A DNA stretch of 64,000 bases from Pseudomonadota bacterium (GCA_030538085.1 JAUNUR010000003.1:23281-87280), one strand, 5' to 3'. Positions 49,782-61,184 are shown, counted from the first letter of the stretch. Made by a program: numbers and translations. The notes: generated by a model not told the origin, from the sequence alone.

Positions 49782-51800
49782 TCACGCCGTGGCCACCCCC
49801 ATGCGCTGCATCGTGCGTTCGCGCAGGCCCCAGCCCAGGGCCAGCAGGGCGTCGCTGGCGTCTTCGATGGCGGCGGCCAGTTCGTTGCCCAGGGTCAGCG
49901 CCACGGCATCCGGCTGTTCGCGGCATTGCTGCGCCAGCGCGCGGCGGGCGCGGCGCAGCAGTTCGTCGCAATGGCGTTCGGCCTGCTGCACCCGCCAGGC
50001 AGCCGACAGGTATTCAGCCTGGTCGTCGCTCTGGCTGGCCTGGCCCAGCGTGCGCGCCACGGCCAGCGCCTTCACGTGGTCCTGCACGGCGTTCAGCACG
50101 GCATCGGCCAGCTCGTTCATGACCTCGCGCACTGGCGCGCTCCAGCCATCGGCGGCGGGCGTGGCGGCAAAGTGCTCGGCCAGCAGGCTGAGCACGTAGC
50201 AGGCTTCTTCCAGCGCGTCGGCCACGTCGTCGCCACGGCCGATCAGGCGCATCAGCGGCTGCCATTGCGGCTGGTGCTCGGCCAGCTCGCGCGCGTGCAC
50301 CACCAGTTGGTCGGCGTGGCGCTCCCAGGCTTTGGCGCGCGCGGCCAGGCGCTCGGCAGCGTCGGCATCGCGCTCCAGTCCGTGGGCCAGGGCGTCGCGC
50401 AGGCCTTGCGCCAGAGCGTGGCAGTAGGCGGCGTGTTCTTCCAGCAGCTCGTCGTCGCCACGGCGGCCGCGCAGGCGGCGTGCCAGTTGGGCCTGCGCCT
50501 GGTCGAGCAGCAGCGCGGGCGCCTGCGGGTGCTCGGCAGCGGCGCGCATGACGTGGATGAGAAAGTCGCGCGCCTCGGCCTCGCCCAGCACCTCGTCCAG
50601 CCGATCACCCAGGCGGAACTGGCTGGGCCCTTGCGCGGCCATGGCGTCCCAGATCAGGCGCTCGGCGCCGGCGTTCAGCCACGCCATGTGGCCGGCGCGG
50701 GCGCGCGTGGTGGCCTCCAGCACCGCCACCGCGCCTTCGCGGCTGACGAAGTGCACGAGGCGCTTGCGGGCGCGGTTCCAGTCGATCAGGAACACGATGC
50801 GCTCGCCGATGCCTTCGAGCTGGCGCGCCAGCTCGGTCTCGTCTTGGGCCTCGAAGCGGGCAGTGCCGATGTGATAGGCATCGCCCTGGTTCAAACCCTG
50901 GGTGATGCGCTGCTCGGCACCGCCCCAGTGCGCGCCGACCTCGGCCAGCAGCCGCTGGAAGAAGCCGAAGCGCCGGCGGTGCAGGTCGGAATAGGTCAGC
51001 GTGATGACCTTCGGCGATGTTTCGGTCTCCACCTGGATCACCAGCACGTGCGCGTCGTTGGTGCCGATGTCGTTCTGGATCAGCAGCTTGTCACCGTCGC
51101 CCCCGCCCCGTGTCGCGGCGGTGTCGAGGCCGGGGTGGTCGAACTTGAGCGGCGCCGTGCGGTTCAGCCCGCGCATGAAGGCGGCGATGCGCGCGCGGTC
51201 GCTGCCATTGGGCGCCAACTGCCAGCAGTGCGCGCCGTCGATGCGGTCGGTAGACAGCTCGGCCGCCAGGCGGTTGAGCGCCTTGTGCAGGTCCATCACC
51301 GTGATGTGCAGGCTGTCGCCGCGCTCGCGCTGGCTGTGTGTCAGTGCATTGAGCTGCTCGACCGTCAGCACCGGGCCGCCCAGCGAACCGAGCGTGCGCT
51401 GCCAGCCGGCCACGCGACTCGCCAGCTCGCCGTCCGCGCCTTCGCCCTCGATCACGGGGCGCGCCATCACCCCGAGGTCATCGTGCAGACGCAGCGCCAG
51501 GCGCGGCAGATCAGGCACGCGCAGCCTGCCTGGTGTTTCTTCGGTGGCGGTGGCTGGCAGGTCGTGCAACCAGTCGGCGTCGGCCCGCGCGCCGATATCG
51601 GCGGCCGCGATCTCGCGGGACAGATCCAGAGTTGCCTCGCGCGGGTGCTGGGCATGCGCGCGGGCGGCCTGCAACACGCTCAGATAGAGCTTCAACCGGT
51701 CATTGGCCTTGAGCGCGGCGCGCACTTGCGCTGGCCGGAGCAGTGACGACACCGCTGGCGCCTGTGCGCCGATGGACGCCACGGCGTCGCTTTTTTCCAT
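49782..51800 (-). CDS. Large protein with C-terminal DUF47/PhoU-like helical repeats
   Basis: WERHADQL...DDVADALEEA and AERHCDEL...AIEDASDAL repeats; N-terminal FDHPGLDT..QNDIGTNDAHV. Confidence 0.7.
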   Translation of the reverse strand: MEKSDAVASIGAQAPAVSSLLRPAQVRAALKANDRLKLYLSVLQAARAHAQHPREATLDLSREIAAADIGARADADWLHDLPATATEETPGRLRVPDLPRLALRLHDDLGVMARPVIEGEGADGELASRVAGWQRTLGSLGGPVLTVEQLNALTHSQRERGDSLHITVMDLHKALNRLAAELSTDRIDGAHCWQLAPNGSDRARIAAFMRGLNRTAPLKFDHPGLDTAATRGGGDGDKLLIQNDIGTNDAHVLVIQVETETSPKVITLTYSDLHRRRFGFFQRLLAEVGAHWGGAEQRITQGLNQGDAYHIGTARFEAQDETELARQLEGIGERIVFLIDWNRARKRLVHFVSREGAVAVLEATTRARAGHMAWLNAGAERLIWDAMAAQGPSQFRLGDRLDEVLGEAEARDFLIHVMRAAAEHPQAPALLLDQAQAQLARRLRGRRGDDELLEEHAAYCHALAQGLRDALAHGLERDADAAERLAARAKAWERHADQLVVHARELAEHQPQWQPLMRLIGRGDDVADALEEACYVLSLLAEHFAATPAADGWSAPVREVMNELADAVLNAVQDHVKALAVARTLGQASQSDDQAEYLSAAWRVQQAERHCDELLRRARRALAQQCREQPDAVALTLGNELAAAIEDASDALLALGWGLRERTMQRMGVATA

Positions 51801-51993
51801 GATGCTGAGAGTGGAGGTGGCGAGCCTTGCAGTGTCCGGCAGCCGCATGACGACACCGTGACCGCCACAGCGCCTCAACGCCTCAACGCCGATGTCGTTG
51901 ATACGCTCCGCTGGCGGAGATCAGCAGAGGCGCCACCCCTGCCGATCGCGCTTCACGGGTAGAGCATGGCCTCAAGCAGCGCGCCGCGGCGCG

Positions 51994-54012
51994 TCAACCG
52001 CCCGGCGCCACCTGCAGGCGCAGCAGCTCGGCGCCCTCGGCCACCTGGTCGCCCGGGGCGTACAGCACCTCATCCACCACGCCATCCTTCGGCGCGGCGA
52101 TGGTGTGCTCCATCTTCATCGCCTCCATCACGGCCAGCGGCTGGCCCTTGCTCACCTTGTCGCCGGCCTTGACAGCAATCGACACGACTTTGCCCGGCAT
52201 CGGCGCCGTCAGGCGGCCGCCCACGCCCGCGCCCTCGCTGGCGTGGGCCAGCACGTCCAGCTCGGTGATGCTGGTGGCGCCGTCGGTGCCGAACACGTGC
52301 GCCACCTCGCCGCGCTGGAACACGCGCACCACCTGGCGCTGGTTGCCATAGCGCACGTCGATGCGGCCGTCGGGCTGGCGCGTGAAGGCGATGGGCGCGC
52401 GCTCGCCGTCGTCCACCTTCAGTTGCAGGCCGTCATCCAGATAGCGCAGCTTGGCCACCACCGGCTGGCCAGCGTATTCCAGATCGATGCGGCGCGAGGC
52501 CACGCCGTGCGAGCGGAAGCCGTCGGTGCGGCTGAACGGGTCATGGCTTTCAGCAGCGCGCTCGTTCAGCACCGTTTGCGCCACGGCGGCGGCCACGGCC
52601 ATGTCGCGGCCGATCGGGTCCTGGTTGAACAGGTGCTCCGCTTCGCGCTGGATCAGCGCCGTGTCCAGCCTGGCCTGGCTGAACGATTCGGTGGCCAGCA
52701 CGCGACGCAGGAACTGCACGTTGGTCTGCACGCCGACGATGGCCACCTCGGCCAGCGCGGCGTCGAGCTTGCCCAGCGCCTCTTCGCGCGTGCTGCCCCA
52801 GACGATGAGCTTGGCGATCATCGAGTCGTAGAACGGGCTGATGGCGTCGCCCTCGCGCACGCCGTCGTCGATGCGCACCTCGTCGAACTCGAAGCTGGCC
52901 GCCGCCGGCTTGCGGTACACGTGCAGCGTGCCGGTGGCGGGCAGGAAGTTGTTGTCGGGGTTCTCGGCGCAGATGCGCGCCTCGATGGCGTGGCCGCCGA
53001 TGTCGAGAAACTCTTGCTCCAGCGGCAGCGGCTCGCCGCTGGCCACCAGCAATTGCCACTCGACCAGATCCTGACCGGTGATGGCCTCGGTGACCGGGTG
53101 CTCCACCTGCAGGCGCGTGTTCATCTCCATGAAGTAGAACTTCATGTCCTCGGGCTTGTCGTAGCCGCCCGGCTGCTCGACGATGAATTCCACCGTGCCG
53201 GCGCCCACGTAGTTCACCGCGCGCGCCGCCGCCACGGCGGCCTGGCCCATGCGCTCGCGCAGCTCTTCCGTCATGCCCGGCGCGGGCGCTTCTTCCAGCA
53301 CCTTCTGGTGGCGGCGCTGCACCGAGCAGTCGCGCTCGAACAGGTAGACATAGTTGCCCTGCGTGTCGCCGAACACCTGGATCTCGATGTGGCGCGGGCG
53401 CTGAACGTATTTCTCGACCAGCACCGCGTCGTCGCCGAAGCTGTTGATGGCCTCGCGCTTGCACGATTCGAGCGCGGCGGCGAAGTCCTCGGCCTTGTCC
53501 ACCGCGCGCATGCCCTTGCCGCCGCCGCCCGCGCTGGCCTTGATCAGCACGGGGTAGCCAATGCGGTCGGCTTCCTTCTGCAGCAGTTCGGGATTCTGGT
53601 CGGCACCGTGGTAGCCCGGCACCAGCGGCACGCCGGCGGCTTCCATCAGGCGCTTGGATTCGGCCTTCAGCCCCATGGCGTTGATGGCGCTGGCGGGCGG
53701 GCCGATGAAGACCAGGCCGTTGTCCACGCAGGCCTGGGCGAAGTCCTCGTTTTCGGCCAGGAAACCGTAGCCGGGGTGGACGGCCTCGGCGCCCGTCGCT
53801 TTGGCGGCGTCGATGATGCGCTGCCATTGCAGATAGCTCTCCTTGGGCGCGCTGCCGCCCACGTGCACGGCCTCGTCGCAGGCCATCACGTGCTTGGCGT
53901 GCGCGTCGGCGTCGGAATACACAGCCACGGTCTTCACGCCCAGGCGGCGCGCGGTGGCTGCCACGCGGCAAGCAATTTCGCCGCGGTTGGCGATCAGAAT
54001 TTTCTTGAACAT
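51994..54012 (-). CDS. liuD: 3-methylcrotonyl-CoA carboxylase alpha subunit
   Basis: IANRGEIA, HPGYGFLAEN, RLQVEHPVTE, biotin motif EAMKM. Confidence 0.93.
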   Translation of the reverse strand: MFKKILIANRGEIACRVAATARRLGVKTVAVYSDADAHAKHVMACDEAVHVGGSAPKESYLQWQRIIDAAKATGAEAVHPGYGFLAENEDFAQACVDNGLVFIGPPASAINAMGLKAESKRLMEAAGVPLVPGYHGADQNPELLQKEADRIGYPVLIKASAGGGGKGMRAVDKAEDFAAALESCKREAINSFGDDAVLVEKYVQRPRHIEIQVFGDTQGNYVYLFERDCSVQRRHQKVLEEAPAPGMTEELRERMGQAAVAAARAVNYVGAGTVEFIVEQPGGYDKPEDMKFYFMEMNTRLQVEHPVTEAITGQDLVEWQLLVASGEPLPLEQEFLDIGGHAIEARICAENPDNNFLPATGTLHVYRKPAAASFEFDEVRIDDGVREGDAISPFYDSMIAKLIVWGSTREEALGKLDAALAEVAIVGVQTNVQFLRRVLATESFSQARLDTALIQREAEHLFNQDPIGRDMAVAAAVAQTVLNERAAESHDPFSRTDGFRSHGVASRRIDLEYAGQPVVAKLRYLDDGLQLKVDDGERAPIAFTRQPDGRIDVRYGNQRQVVRVFQRGEVAHVFGTDGATSITELDVLAHASEGAGVGGRLTAPMPGKVVSIAVKAGDKVSKGQPLAVMEAMKMEHTIAAPKDGVVDEVLYAPGDQVAEGAELLRLQVAPGG

Positions 54013-54039
54013 CGTCGTCCCTCTTCAACTTGAATCGAT

Positions 54040-54801
54040 CTAGGCACTGCTGGGCGTTGGCGCACCACTGCCGAAGAAATCGCGCAGCTTGCGTATCACC
54101 ATCTTCAAAAATTTCCACAACACGATCAGCAGCAGCACGGACAGCACGAACATCACCACCAGCGCGATGCCGAAGGCCACCGGGTATTGCGTCGCCAGCC
54201 ACATCACGCCCACGGCCAGGCCGTCCTCGAAGAACGAGGCCAGCCAGTTGCTGACCGGCTCGGGGCTGGTGTTGATGGCGGCGCGCGTGGTGGCCTTGGT
54301 GGCGAACGAGGTGGCCGCCAGCGAGCCGCCCAGGATGCCGGCCACCAGGCCCATGGTGGCGCTGTCGGCCCCGAACACGCCCGCCGCCAGCAGCGCGCCG
54401 GCGGGGATGCGGATGACGCTGTGCACCGTGTCCCACAGGCTGTCGATCCACGGAATCTTGTCGGCGAAGAACTCGACCAGCAGCATGAAGCCGCTGGCCG
54501 CCATCACCGCCGGGTGCATCAAGAGCTTCAGCCCCTCAGGCAGCGGAATCCAGCCCGCGTAGCCCATGGCGCCGGTCAGGAACACCACCGCATACAACCG
54601 GAAGCCGCTGGCCCAGCCCAGCGCCGCCGCCAGCGCGATGAGCGCCGGCATGTCCATCTTGGCGACCACCGGCGCCACGGCGCCGCCCACGGCCGCGCCG
54701 GCCTGGCCCACCGCATCGCCCACGGCCACCGCCGTTTCGTGGTTGGGGTGGATGCCCACGGTGTGCAGCCATTGCACGAGGGTTTGAATGAGGTCTTCCA
54801 T
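54040..54801 (-). CDS. DUF4126-like membrane protein
   Basis: WASGFRLYA, EFFADKIPWIDS.WD, NTSPEP.SN. Confidence 0.85.
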   Translation of the reverse strand: MEDLIQTLVQWLHTVGIHPNHETAVAVGDAVGQAGAAVGGAVAPVVAKMDMPALIALAAALGWASGFRLYAVVFLTGAMGYAGWIPLPEGLKLLMHPAVMAASGFMLLVEFFADKIPWIDSLWDTVHSVIRIPAGALLAAGVFGADSATMGLVAGILGGSLAATSFATKATTRAAINTSPEPVSNWLASFFEDGLAVGVMWLATQYPVAFGIALVVMFVLSVLLLIVLWKFLKMVIRKLRDFFGSGAPTPSSA

Positions 54802-55013
54802 CACCGTACCGCCTGTCAAAGTGAACGGCAGGCCACGTGCGCCTGCCCGCGCACGCACAACGCGGGCGCCAGCGCGAAGGCTGACGCGGGCACCGGCGCC
54901 ACGGCGTAGGACGGCATCGGCCGTTGGCGGATGATCGCTGCGTTATTCATAGCTGTTTGCGCTTATCCCACCTGCACAAAAGTCGAAAAAGACCATGAAA
55001 CCTCATGACGGGT

Positions 55014-55796
55014 TCAACCCTGCACCCAGGCCGGCTTGCGCTTGTTCAGGAAGCTCTGCACGCCTTCCTTGCCCTCGTCGCTGGCGCGGATGTCGGCGAT
55101 GGCCTTCACCGTGTGGTCGATCAGCAGGCGGGTGATGTCGCGGTCGGCCACGTACTGCACCAGCTTCTTGCATTCCTTGATGGCGTTGGGGCTGGCGGCC
55201 AGCAGTGCCTGCACCCAGGTGTTGACGGTGGCGTCGAGCTGGTCGGCAGACACCACCTCGTGCACGAAGCCGATGCGATGGGCCTCCTGCGCGCTGAAGC
55301 GCTCGGCGGTGAGAAAGTAGCGGTGCGACGCGCGCGGCCCCATGGCGCGGATCACGTAGGGGCCGATGGTGGCAGGGATCAGGCCCAGCTTCACCTCGCT
55401 GAGGCAGTAGTGGGCCGTATCGACGCTCACCGCCATGTCGCAGCACGCCACCAGGCCCATGCCGCCGGCGTACACGTCGCCCTGCACGCGGGCGATGGTG
55501 GGCTTGGGGCACTCGTAGATGGTGCGCAGCATGAAGGCCAGCTTCTCGGCGTCCTGCTCGTTTTCCTCGCGCGAGTAGTCGGCCATGCGGCGCATCCAGT
55601 TCAGGTCGGCCCCGGCGCAGAAGGCGGGGCCTTCGGCCATCAGCACGATGGCGCGCACCTGCGGGTCGTCGCCAAGGCGGGCGAAGGCGTCGGTCAGCTC
55701 GGCGATCACCTCGTCGTTGAAGGCGTTGCGCACTTCGGGGCGCGAGAGCACGACGGTGGCGACGTGGTGGACGGTGGTGATGCGAATGGAGGTCAT
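55014..55796 (-). CDS. liuC: Methylglutaconyl-CoA hydratase (crotonase family)
   Basis: RPEVRNAFN, FCAGADL, SEVKLGLIPA; liu operon context. Confidence 0.9.
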   Translation of the reverse strand: MTSIRITTVHHVATVVLSRPEVRNAFNDEVIAELTDAFARLGDDPQVRAIVLMAEGPAFCAGADLNWMRRMADYSREENEQDAEKLAFMLRTIYECPKPTIARVQGDVYAGGMGLVACCDMAVSVDTAHYCLSEVKLGLIPATIGPYVIRAMGPRASHRYFLTAERFSAQEAHRIGFVHEVVSADQLDATVNTWVQALLAASPNAIKECKKLVQYVADRDITRLLIDHTVKAIADIRASDEGKEGVQSFLNKRKPAWVQG

Positions 55797-55874
55797 GCAA
55801 AAACTCAGTGGGTTGCAGAAGTGGCGACATCCGTGCGTTGCACGGCGCAGGCGGCCAGTGCCATGTCTTCGCGC

Positions 55875-56378
55875 TTAGAACACATGAATCTCCTCCAGTA
55901 TGAGCGCGGCTGGCCGGCCAAGCCGCTTTTCCACCCGAAACGTCGCCGTCAAGTCGGACCAGCGGCCGTTCAACGGCAAATCATGTGTGGCTCGCATGAG
56001 GACATCGCCCGCCTCATCTACTTCGGTGATTTCCCTATAGCGGGGCCGACCTGTCGCATCCGCGCGGGCCGTCACGTGAAATGCGACGCCCGACGGGCGC
56101 GCCTCCGGCAAGCCGTAACCCTCGATGACCCGCCGCATCAAGGCGGGCGTCCAGCCGTAGTACGCATCGTGATCCGTCGCCGCGAATGCGGCGGCGTAAT
56201 CTTGCGCTGCGAGATGGTCGATCCAGGTCTCGATGACCACCAGAACCTCCGCTGGCGCCGGACGCTCAGAAAGCTGGGCCATGTTCATTGCTCCAGACGG
56301 CCAGACCTGCACGCCAGCAGCCCGCGCCTTGGCGCCTGACGGCGACTGATTCACGGGTGATGAAGCTGGTATACCCAC
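55875..56378 (-). CDS. Hypothetical protein inserted in the liu operon
   Basis: Abuts the ATPase stop; ends HDLPLNGRWSDLTATF..LEEIHVF. Confidence 0.7.
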   Translation of the reverse strand: MGIPASSPVNQSPSGAKARAAGVQVWPSGAMNMAQLSERPAPAEVLVVIETWIDHLAAQDYAAAFAATDHDAYYGWTPALMRRVIEGYGLPEARPSGVAFHVTARADATGRPRYREITEVDEAGDVLMRATHDLPLNGRWSDLTATFRVEKRLGRPAALILEEIHVF

Positions 56379-57581
56379 TCATGGCAATGCCCCTTGCGCG
56401 CCGGAGCCATCCAGCGGCGCGGCACTGGCCTGCCTGAGCGCCAGCGTGGCCGCGCGCCGCTGTTGCCAGATGGAGCGGACGTGGGGATCAGAGATGATGA
56501 AGCGCCCGTGCCCCACGCGCGCGATCAGGTTGGCGGCGATCAGGCCGTCGATCGTGTTCTGCACCTGCTTGACCTCGATGGGCAAGCCAAGCGCCGCTCC
56601 ATAGTCGGTCAGCGCGCCTTGGCCGTACAGCTCCCGCGTGCCTTCCTCGGGGCCATCGGCGATGCGGGCGAAGACGAGTTCCGCCAGTTCACCGCCAATT
56701 TCGCCCGCGCGCGCGAAGTCGATGTCGGCGGCGGCGTAGGCGATGGTGGCGCAGATCAGCTCGAACTCGGCATCGCTGCCCTGTGGCGCCGATTGAAACT
56801 GGACCAGCGCGCGCTCGAAGTCCTCCGGGCGATGGCCCAGCACCTGAAAACCGCGCCACGCGGCGGCGACCGAAGGCAGGCGCACGCCGTGCTGCGCGAC
56901 CTGGGCCAGCTTCCACTCCACATACGCCCGCGGCAAAGGCTCGAAGGTGGCGGTGACGGCGCCCTTGAACGGGTGCGAGGGCTTGGTCGCCATGTCGTTG
57001 AGCAGCGAGCGGTGCGAGCCGGTGCCGATGAAAAGAAAGTGCCCCTTGGCGTCGGGGTCGCCATTGATCTCGTCGCGCGCCGCTTTCAGGGCGGCCATCA
57101 GCGCGTTGCCGTGGCTTCCGGCGGCCTGCTGCACTTCGTCCACGATGAGCACGACATCGGTTTCGGCCTTCTGCACCAGTTCATGCAGGGCTTGCGCCAG
57201 CGTGGCGCCGCCGGGCAAGCCCAGCGTGTCGATCTGGAAGCTGAAGCTCAGGCCCGCCACGCCCAGCGCGGCACTCTTGACGCGCCGCATCAACGCTGCC
57301 CCCGGCGCTTGCAGCGCGCGCAACTCGCCGCGCACGGCTTCAAGCACCAGATCGAGCGGCGCGCGGTTGACGTCGGCCCAGAGATCCACGTACACGACGA
57401 TGGCGCCACGGGCGCGCAATTCGGGCGCCAGTTCATTGCGCAGAAACGTGCTTTTGCCCACGCGCCGGATGTTGGAGAGAAAGACGCCCGAGCGCACCCC
57501 CGTGTGCAGACCCGATGGCGCCAGCAACTGGTCGGCGAGCGCGGCTGCATAGTCGCTGCGGGGAAAGAGCTTGGAGGTCAT
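56379..57581 (-). CDS. P-loop ATPase (STAND/archaeal-ATPase-like) with probable C-terminal winged helix
   Basis: Walker A IRRVGKST, Walker B LIVDEVQ, LFIGTGS. Confidence 0.82.
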   Translation of the reverse strand: MTSKLFPRSDYAAALADQLLAPSGLHTGVRSGVFLSNIRRVGKSTFLRNELAPELRARGAIVVYVDLWADVNRAPLDLVLEAVRGELRALQAPGAALMRRVKSAALGVAGLSFSFQIDTLGLPGGATLAQALHELVQKAETDVVLIVDEVQQAAGSHGNALMAALKAARDEINGDPDAKGHFLFIGTGSHRSLLNDMATKPSHPFKGAVTATFEPLPRAYVEWKLAQVAQHGVRLPSVAAAWRGFQVLGHRPEDFERALVQFQSAPQGSDAEFELICATIAYAAADIDFARAGEIGGELAELVFARIADGPEEGTRELYGQGALTDYGAALGLPIEVKQVQNTIDGLIAANLIARVGHGRFIISDPHVRSIWQQRRAATLALRQASAAPLDGSGAQGALP

Positions 57582-57647
57582 GGATTTACCAGAAAATACT
57601 CAATTCAAGTATTTTACTTATATCAAGTAATTCATGGTAATAAGCCA

Positions 57648-59270
57648 TCACATGCGGAACACGCCGAACTTCACGTCCGGCACGGGCGCGTTCTGCGCCG
57701 CCGACAGGCCCAGCGCCAGCATGCGGCGCGTGTCGGCGGGGTCGATGATGCCGTCGTCCCACAGGCGGGCGGTGGCGTAGTAAGGGTGGCCCTGGTCCTC
57801 GTACTGCTGGCGGATGGGTGCCTTGAAAGCTTCTTCTTCCTCAGCCGACCATTGCCCGCCCTTGGCCTCGATGCCGTCGCGCCGCACGGTCGCCAGCACG
57901 CCGGCGGCCTGCTCGCCGCCCATCACGCTGATGCGCGCGTTGGGCCACATCCACAGGAAGCGCGGCGAGTACGCGCGGCCGCACATGCCGTAGTTGCCAG
58001 CGCCAAAGCTGCCGCCGATGATGATGGTGAACTTGGGCACGTTCACCGTGGCCACGGCGGTCACCATCTTGGCGCCGTGGCGGGCGATGCCCTCGTTCTC
58101 GTACTTGCGGCCGACCATGAAGCCGGTGATGTTCTGCAAGAAGACCAGCGGGATCTTGCGCTGGCCGCACAACTCGATGAAGTGCGCGCCTTTCTGCGCG
58201 CTCTCGCTGAACAGGATGCCGTTGTTGGCGACGATGCCGACCGGCATGCCCTCGATGTGCGCGAAGCCGCACACCAGCGTGGTGCCGAAGCGCTGCTTGA
58301 ACTCATGGAAGTCGCTGCCGTCGACGATGCGGGCGATGATCTCGCGCACGTCGAAGGGCTTGCGCGTGTCGGTGGGGATCACGCCGTACAGTTCTTCTGC
58401 TGCATATTTGGGAGCAACCGGCGCTTGCAGTGCGCCGCTGTAGGTCTTCTTGTCATTCAGGCGCGACACGGCCTCTCGCGCCAGTGCCAGCGCGTGGGTG
58501 TCGTTGTTGGCCAGGTGGTCGGCCACGCCCGACAGGCGCGTGTGCACGTCGCCACCGCCCAGGTCCTCGGCGCTCACCACCTCGCCGGTGGCGGCCTTCA
58601 CCAGCGGCGGGCCGCCCAGGAAGATGGTGCCCTGGTTCTTGACGATGATGCTCTCGTCGCTCATGGCCGGCACGTAGGCACCGCCTGCCGTGCAACTGCC
58701 CATCACCACCGCGATCTGCGCGATGCCCTGCGCGCTCATCTGCGCCTGGTTGTAGAAGATGCGGCCGAAGTGGTCGCGGTCGGGGAACACCTCGTCCTGG
58801 TTGGGCAGGTTGGCGCCGCCCGAATCGACCAGGTAGATGCAGGGCAGGCGGTTCTGCTCGGCGATCTCCTGCGCGCGCAAATGTTTCTTGACCGTCATCG
58901 GGTAGTAGGTGCCGCCCTTCACGGTGGCGTCGTTGCAGACGATCATGCAGTCCACACCGGCCACGCGGCCAATGCCGGCCACGATGCCGGCGCCGGGCGC
59001 GCTGTCGCTGCCGTCGCGGTCGGGGTACATGTTCAGGGCGGCCAGCGGCGCCACTTCGAGGAAGGGCGTGCCGGGGTCGAGCAGCATCTGCACGCGCACC
59101 CGGGGCAGCAGCTTGCCGCGGTCCATGTGCTTCTTGCGCGCGGCCTCGCCGCCGCCGGCACCCACCTTCTGCACCTGCGCCTTCAGGTCGTCCACCAGGG
59201 CGCGCATGGCGTCGGCGTTGGCCTGGAAGTCGGCCGAACGGGCGTTGAGCTTGGTTTCAATCACGGGCAT
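57648..59270 (-). CDS. liuB: 3-methylcrotonyl-CoA carboxylase beta subunit
   Basis: [42 protein letters not shown]. Confidence 0.95.
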   Translation of the reverse strand: MPVIETKLNARSADFQANADAMRALVDDLKAQVQKVGAGGGEAARKKHMDRGKLLPRVRVQMLLDPGTPFLEVAPLAALNMYPDRDGSDSAPGAGIVAGIGRVAGVDCMIVCNDATVKGGTYYPMTVKKHLRAQEIAEQNRLPCIYLVDSGGANLPNQDEVFPDRDHFGRIFYNQAQMSAQGIAQIAVVMGSCTAGGAYVPAMSDESIIVKNQGTIFLGGPPLVKAATGEVVSAEDLGGGDVHTRLSGVADHLANNDTHALALAREAVSRLNDKKTYSGALQAPVAPKYAAEELYGVIPTDTRKPFDVREIIARIVDGSDFHEFKQRFGTTLVCGFAHIEGMPVGIVANNGILFSESAQKGAHFIELCGQRKIPLVFLQNITGFMVGRKYENEGIARHGAKMVTAVATVNVPKFTIIIGGSFGAGNYGMCGRAYSPRFLWMWPNARISVMGGEQAAGVLATVRRDGIEAKGGQWSAEEEEAFKAPIRQQYEDQGHPYYATARLWDDGIIDPADTRRMLALGLSAAQNAPVPDVKFGVFRM

Positions 59271-59325
59271 GGATTACACCTTTTGCTATTGTTTGATGAG
59301 CTGCTTGCGCTTTCCTGGCAAGCGC

Positions 59326-61038
59326 TCAAGCCGTTTTTTGCTCTGAAAGACCCAGCTCCTGCTGCATCAGCTCGCGGATCTTGAATTTCTGGATCTTGCC
59401 GGTGATGGTCATCGGGAAGGCGTCGACGAACTTCATGTAGCGCGGCACCTTGTAGTGCGCGATCTTGCCCTTGCAGAACTCGCGCACCTCGTCTTCATCC
59501 AGCGTCTGGCCCGGCTTGGCGATGATCCAGGCGCACAGCTCCTCGCCGAAGCGCTGGTCGGGCACGCCCACCACCTGCACGTCCTGGATCTTGGGGTGGC
59601 GGTAGAGGAATTCCTCGATCTCGCGCGGGTACACGTTCTCGCCGCCGCGGATCACCATGTCCTTGCTGCGGCCCACGATGTTGACGTAGCCCTCGTCGTC
59701 CATGGTCGCCAAGTCGCCCGTGTGCATGAAGCCCTCGGCGTCGATGGCCTCGCGCGTGCGCGCGTCGTCGCCCCAGTAGCCCTGCATCACGGAATAGCCC
59801 TTGGTGCACAGTTCGCCGGTGGTGCCGCGCGGCACGGTCTCGCCGGTCTCGGGGTTGACGATCTTCACCTCCAGGTGCGGCTGCACCAGGCCGACGGTGG
59901 ACACGCGCTTGTCCAGCGGGGTGTCGGTCTGGCTCTGGCAGCTCACGGGCGATGTCTCCGTCATGCCGTAGGCGATGGTCACCTCGGCCATGTTCATGTC
60001 GCGCTGCACGCGCTTCATCACCTCGATGGGGCAGGGGCTGCCGGCCATGATGCCGGTGCGCAGCGTGCTCAGGTCGAACTCGGCAAAGCGCGGGTGATCC
60101 AGTTCGGCGATGAACATGGTGGGCACGCCGTGCAGGCCGGTGCACTTTTCGGCCTGCACCGTCTGCAGCACCGTGAGCGGGTCAAACGCGTCGTTGGGGT
60201 ACACGATGCAGCCGCCGTGCGTCAGCACCGCCAGGTTGCCCAGCACCATGCCGAAGCAGTGGTACAGCGGCACGGGGATGCACAGGCGGTCCTGCTCGGT
60301 AAGCTTCATCGCCTCGCCGATGAAGAAGCCGTTGTTGAGGATGTTGCGGTGCGTCAGCGTGGCGCCCTTGGGGAAGCCCGTGGTGCCGCTGGTGAACTGG
60401 ATGTTGATGGCATCCGTGTTGTGCAGCAGCTTGGCCACCTGCTCCAGGCGCGGGTCTTGCGGGTCGCCCGTCTTCATCAGGTCGGAGAAGCGCATGAAGC
60501 CCGGCTCGTCGGCGCCCTCGCCTTCCACGTCGATCCAGATCGCGTGCTTCAGGTGCGGCAGTTGCTGCGATTCCAGCGGCTCGCCCGGCTTGGCGTGTGC
60601 CCACTCAGGCGCCAGCTCGCGCAGCATGCCGAGGTAGTCGCTGGTCTTGAAGCGCGGCATCACCACCAGCGCCTTGCAGTCGACCTTGTTCAGCGCGTAC
60701 TCCACCTCGGCCGTGCGATAGGCGGGGTTGATGTTGACCAGCACCAGCCCGGCCATGGCCGTGGCCAACTGCATCAGCACCCATTCGGTGTTGTTGTGCG
60801 ACCAGATGCCGATGCGGTCGCCGGGCTTCAGCCCCAACCCCAGCAGGGCGCTGGCCAGGCGGCGCGATTCGGTCTGCAACTGGCGGTAGGTGAAACGCCG
60901 GCCCTGGTGCACCACCACCAGGGCCTCGCGCTCGGGAAAGCGCTCGACCATGTCGTTGAAGAAGGCCCCCAGGGTCTGTTCGATCAGCGGCGTGTCGGTG
61001 CGGCCGCGGACATGGCTGTCGCTGAGTTCGGTGCTCAT
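59326..61038 (-). CDS. AMP-binding acyl-CoA synthetase
   Basis: [38 protein letters not shown]. Confidence 0.93.
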   Translation of the reverse strand: MSTELSDSHVRGRTDTPLIEQTLGAFFNDMVERFPEREALVVVHQGRRFTYRQLQTESRRLASALLGLGLKPGDRIGIWSHNNTEWVLMQLATAMAGLVLVNINPAYRTAEVEYALNKVDCKALVVMPRFKTSDYLGMLRELAPEWAHAKPGEPLESQQLPHLKHAIWIDVEGEGADEPGFMRFSDLMKTGDPQDPRLEQVAKLLHNTDAINIQFTSGTTGFPKGATLTHRNILNNGFFIGEAMKLTEQDRLCIPVPLYHCFGMVLGNLAVLTHGGCIVYPNDAFDPLTVLQTVQAEKCTGLHGVPTMFIAELDHPRFAEFDLSTLRTGIMAGSPCPIEVMKRVQRDMNMAEVTIAYGMTETSPVSCQSQTDTPLDKRVSTVGLVQPHLEVKIVNPETGETVPRGTTGELCTKGYSVMQGYWGDDARTREAIDAEGFMHTGDLATMDDEGYVNIVGRSKDMVIRGGENVYPREIEEFLYRHPKIQDVQVVGVPDQRFGEELCAWIIAKPGQTLDEDEVREFCKGKIAHYKVPRYMKFVDAFPMTITGKIQKFKIRELMQQELGLSEQKTA

Positions 61039-61184
61039 CGCGCTTGTCTCCTTGAAATAGGTGTTCTTGCAAGGCGCTGCCGGCACATCGTAGCGCGCCC
61101 ATTGGGGCGAGCATAGGCGAGACATGTGCGCAAGGGGTGACAGCATGGTTGCAAATCACGCCATCGTGCCCTAGGCTTGGCGCC

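Noticed and set aside
46514-59384. Very long plus-strand ORFs (46514-48463, 49926-51746, 51892-54033, 52550-54451, 56394-59384)
   Set aside because: Antisense shadows of well-supported minus-strand genes, as expected in high-GC DNA; no motifs
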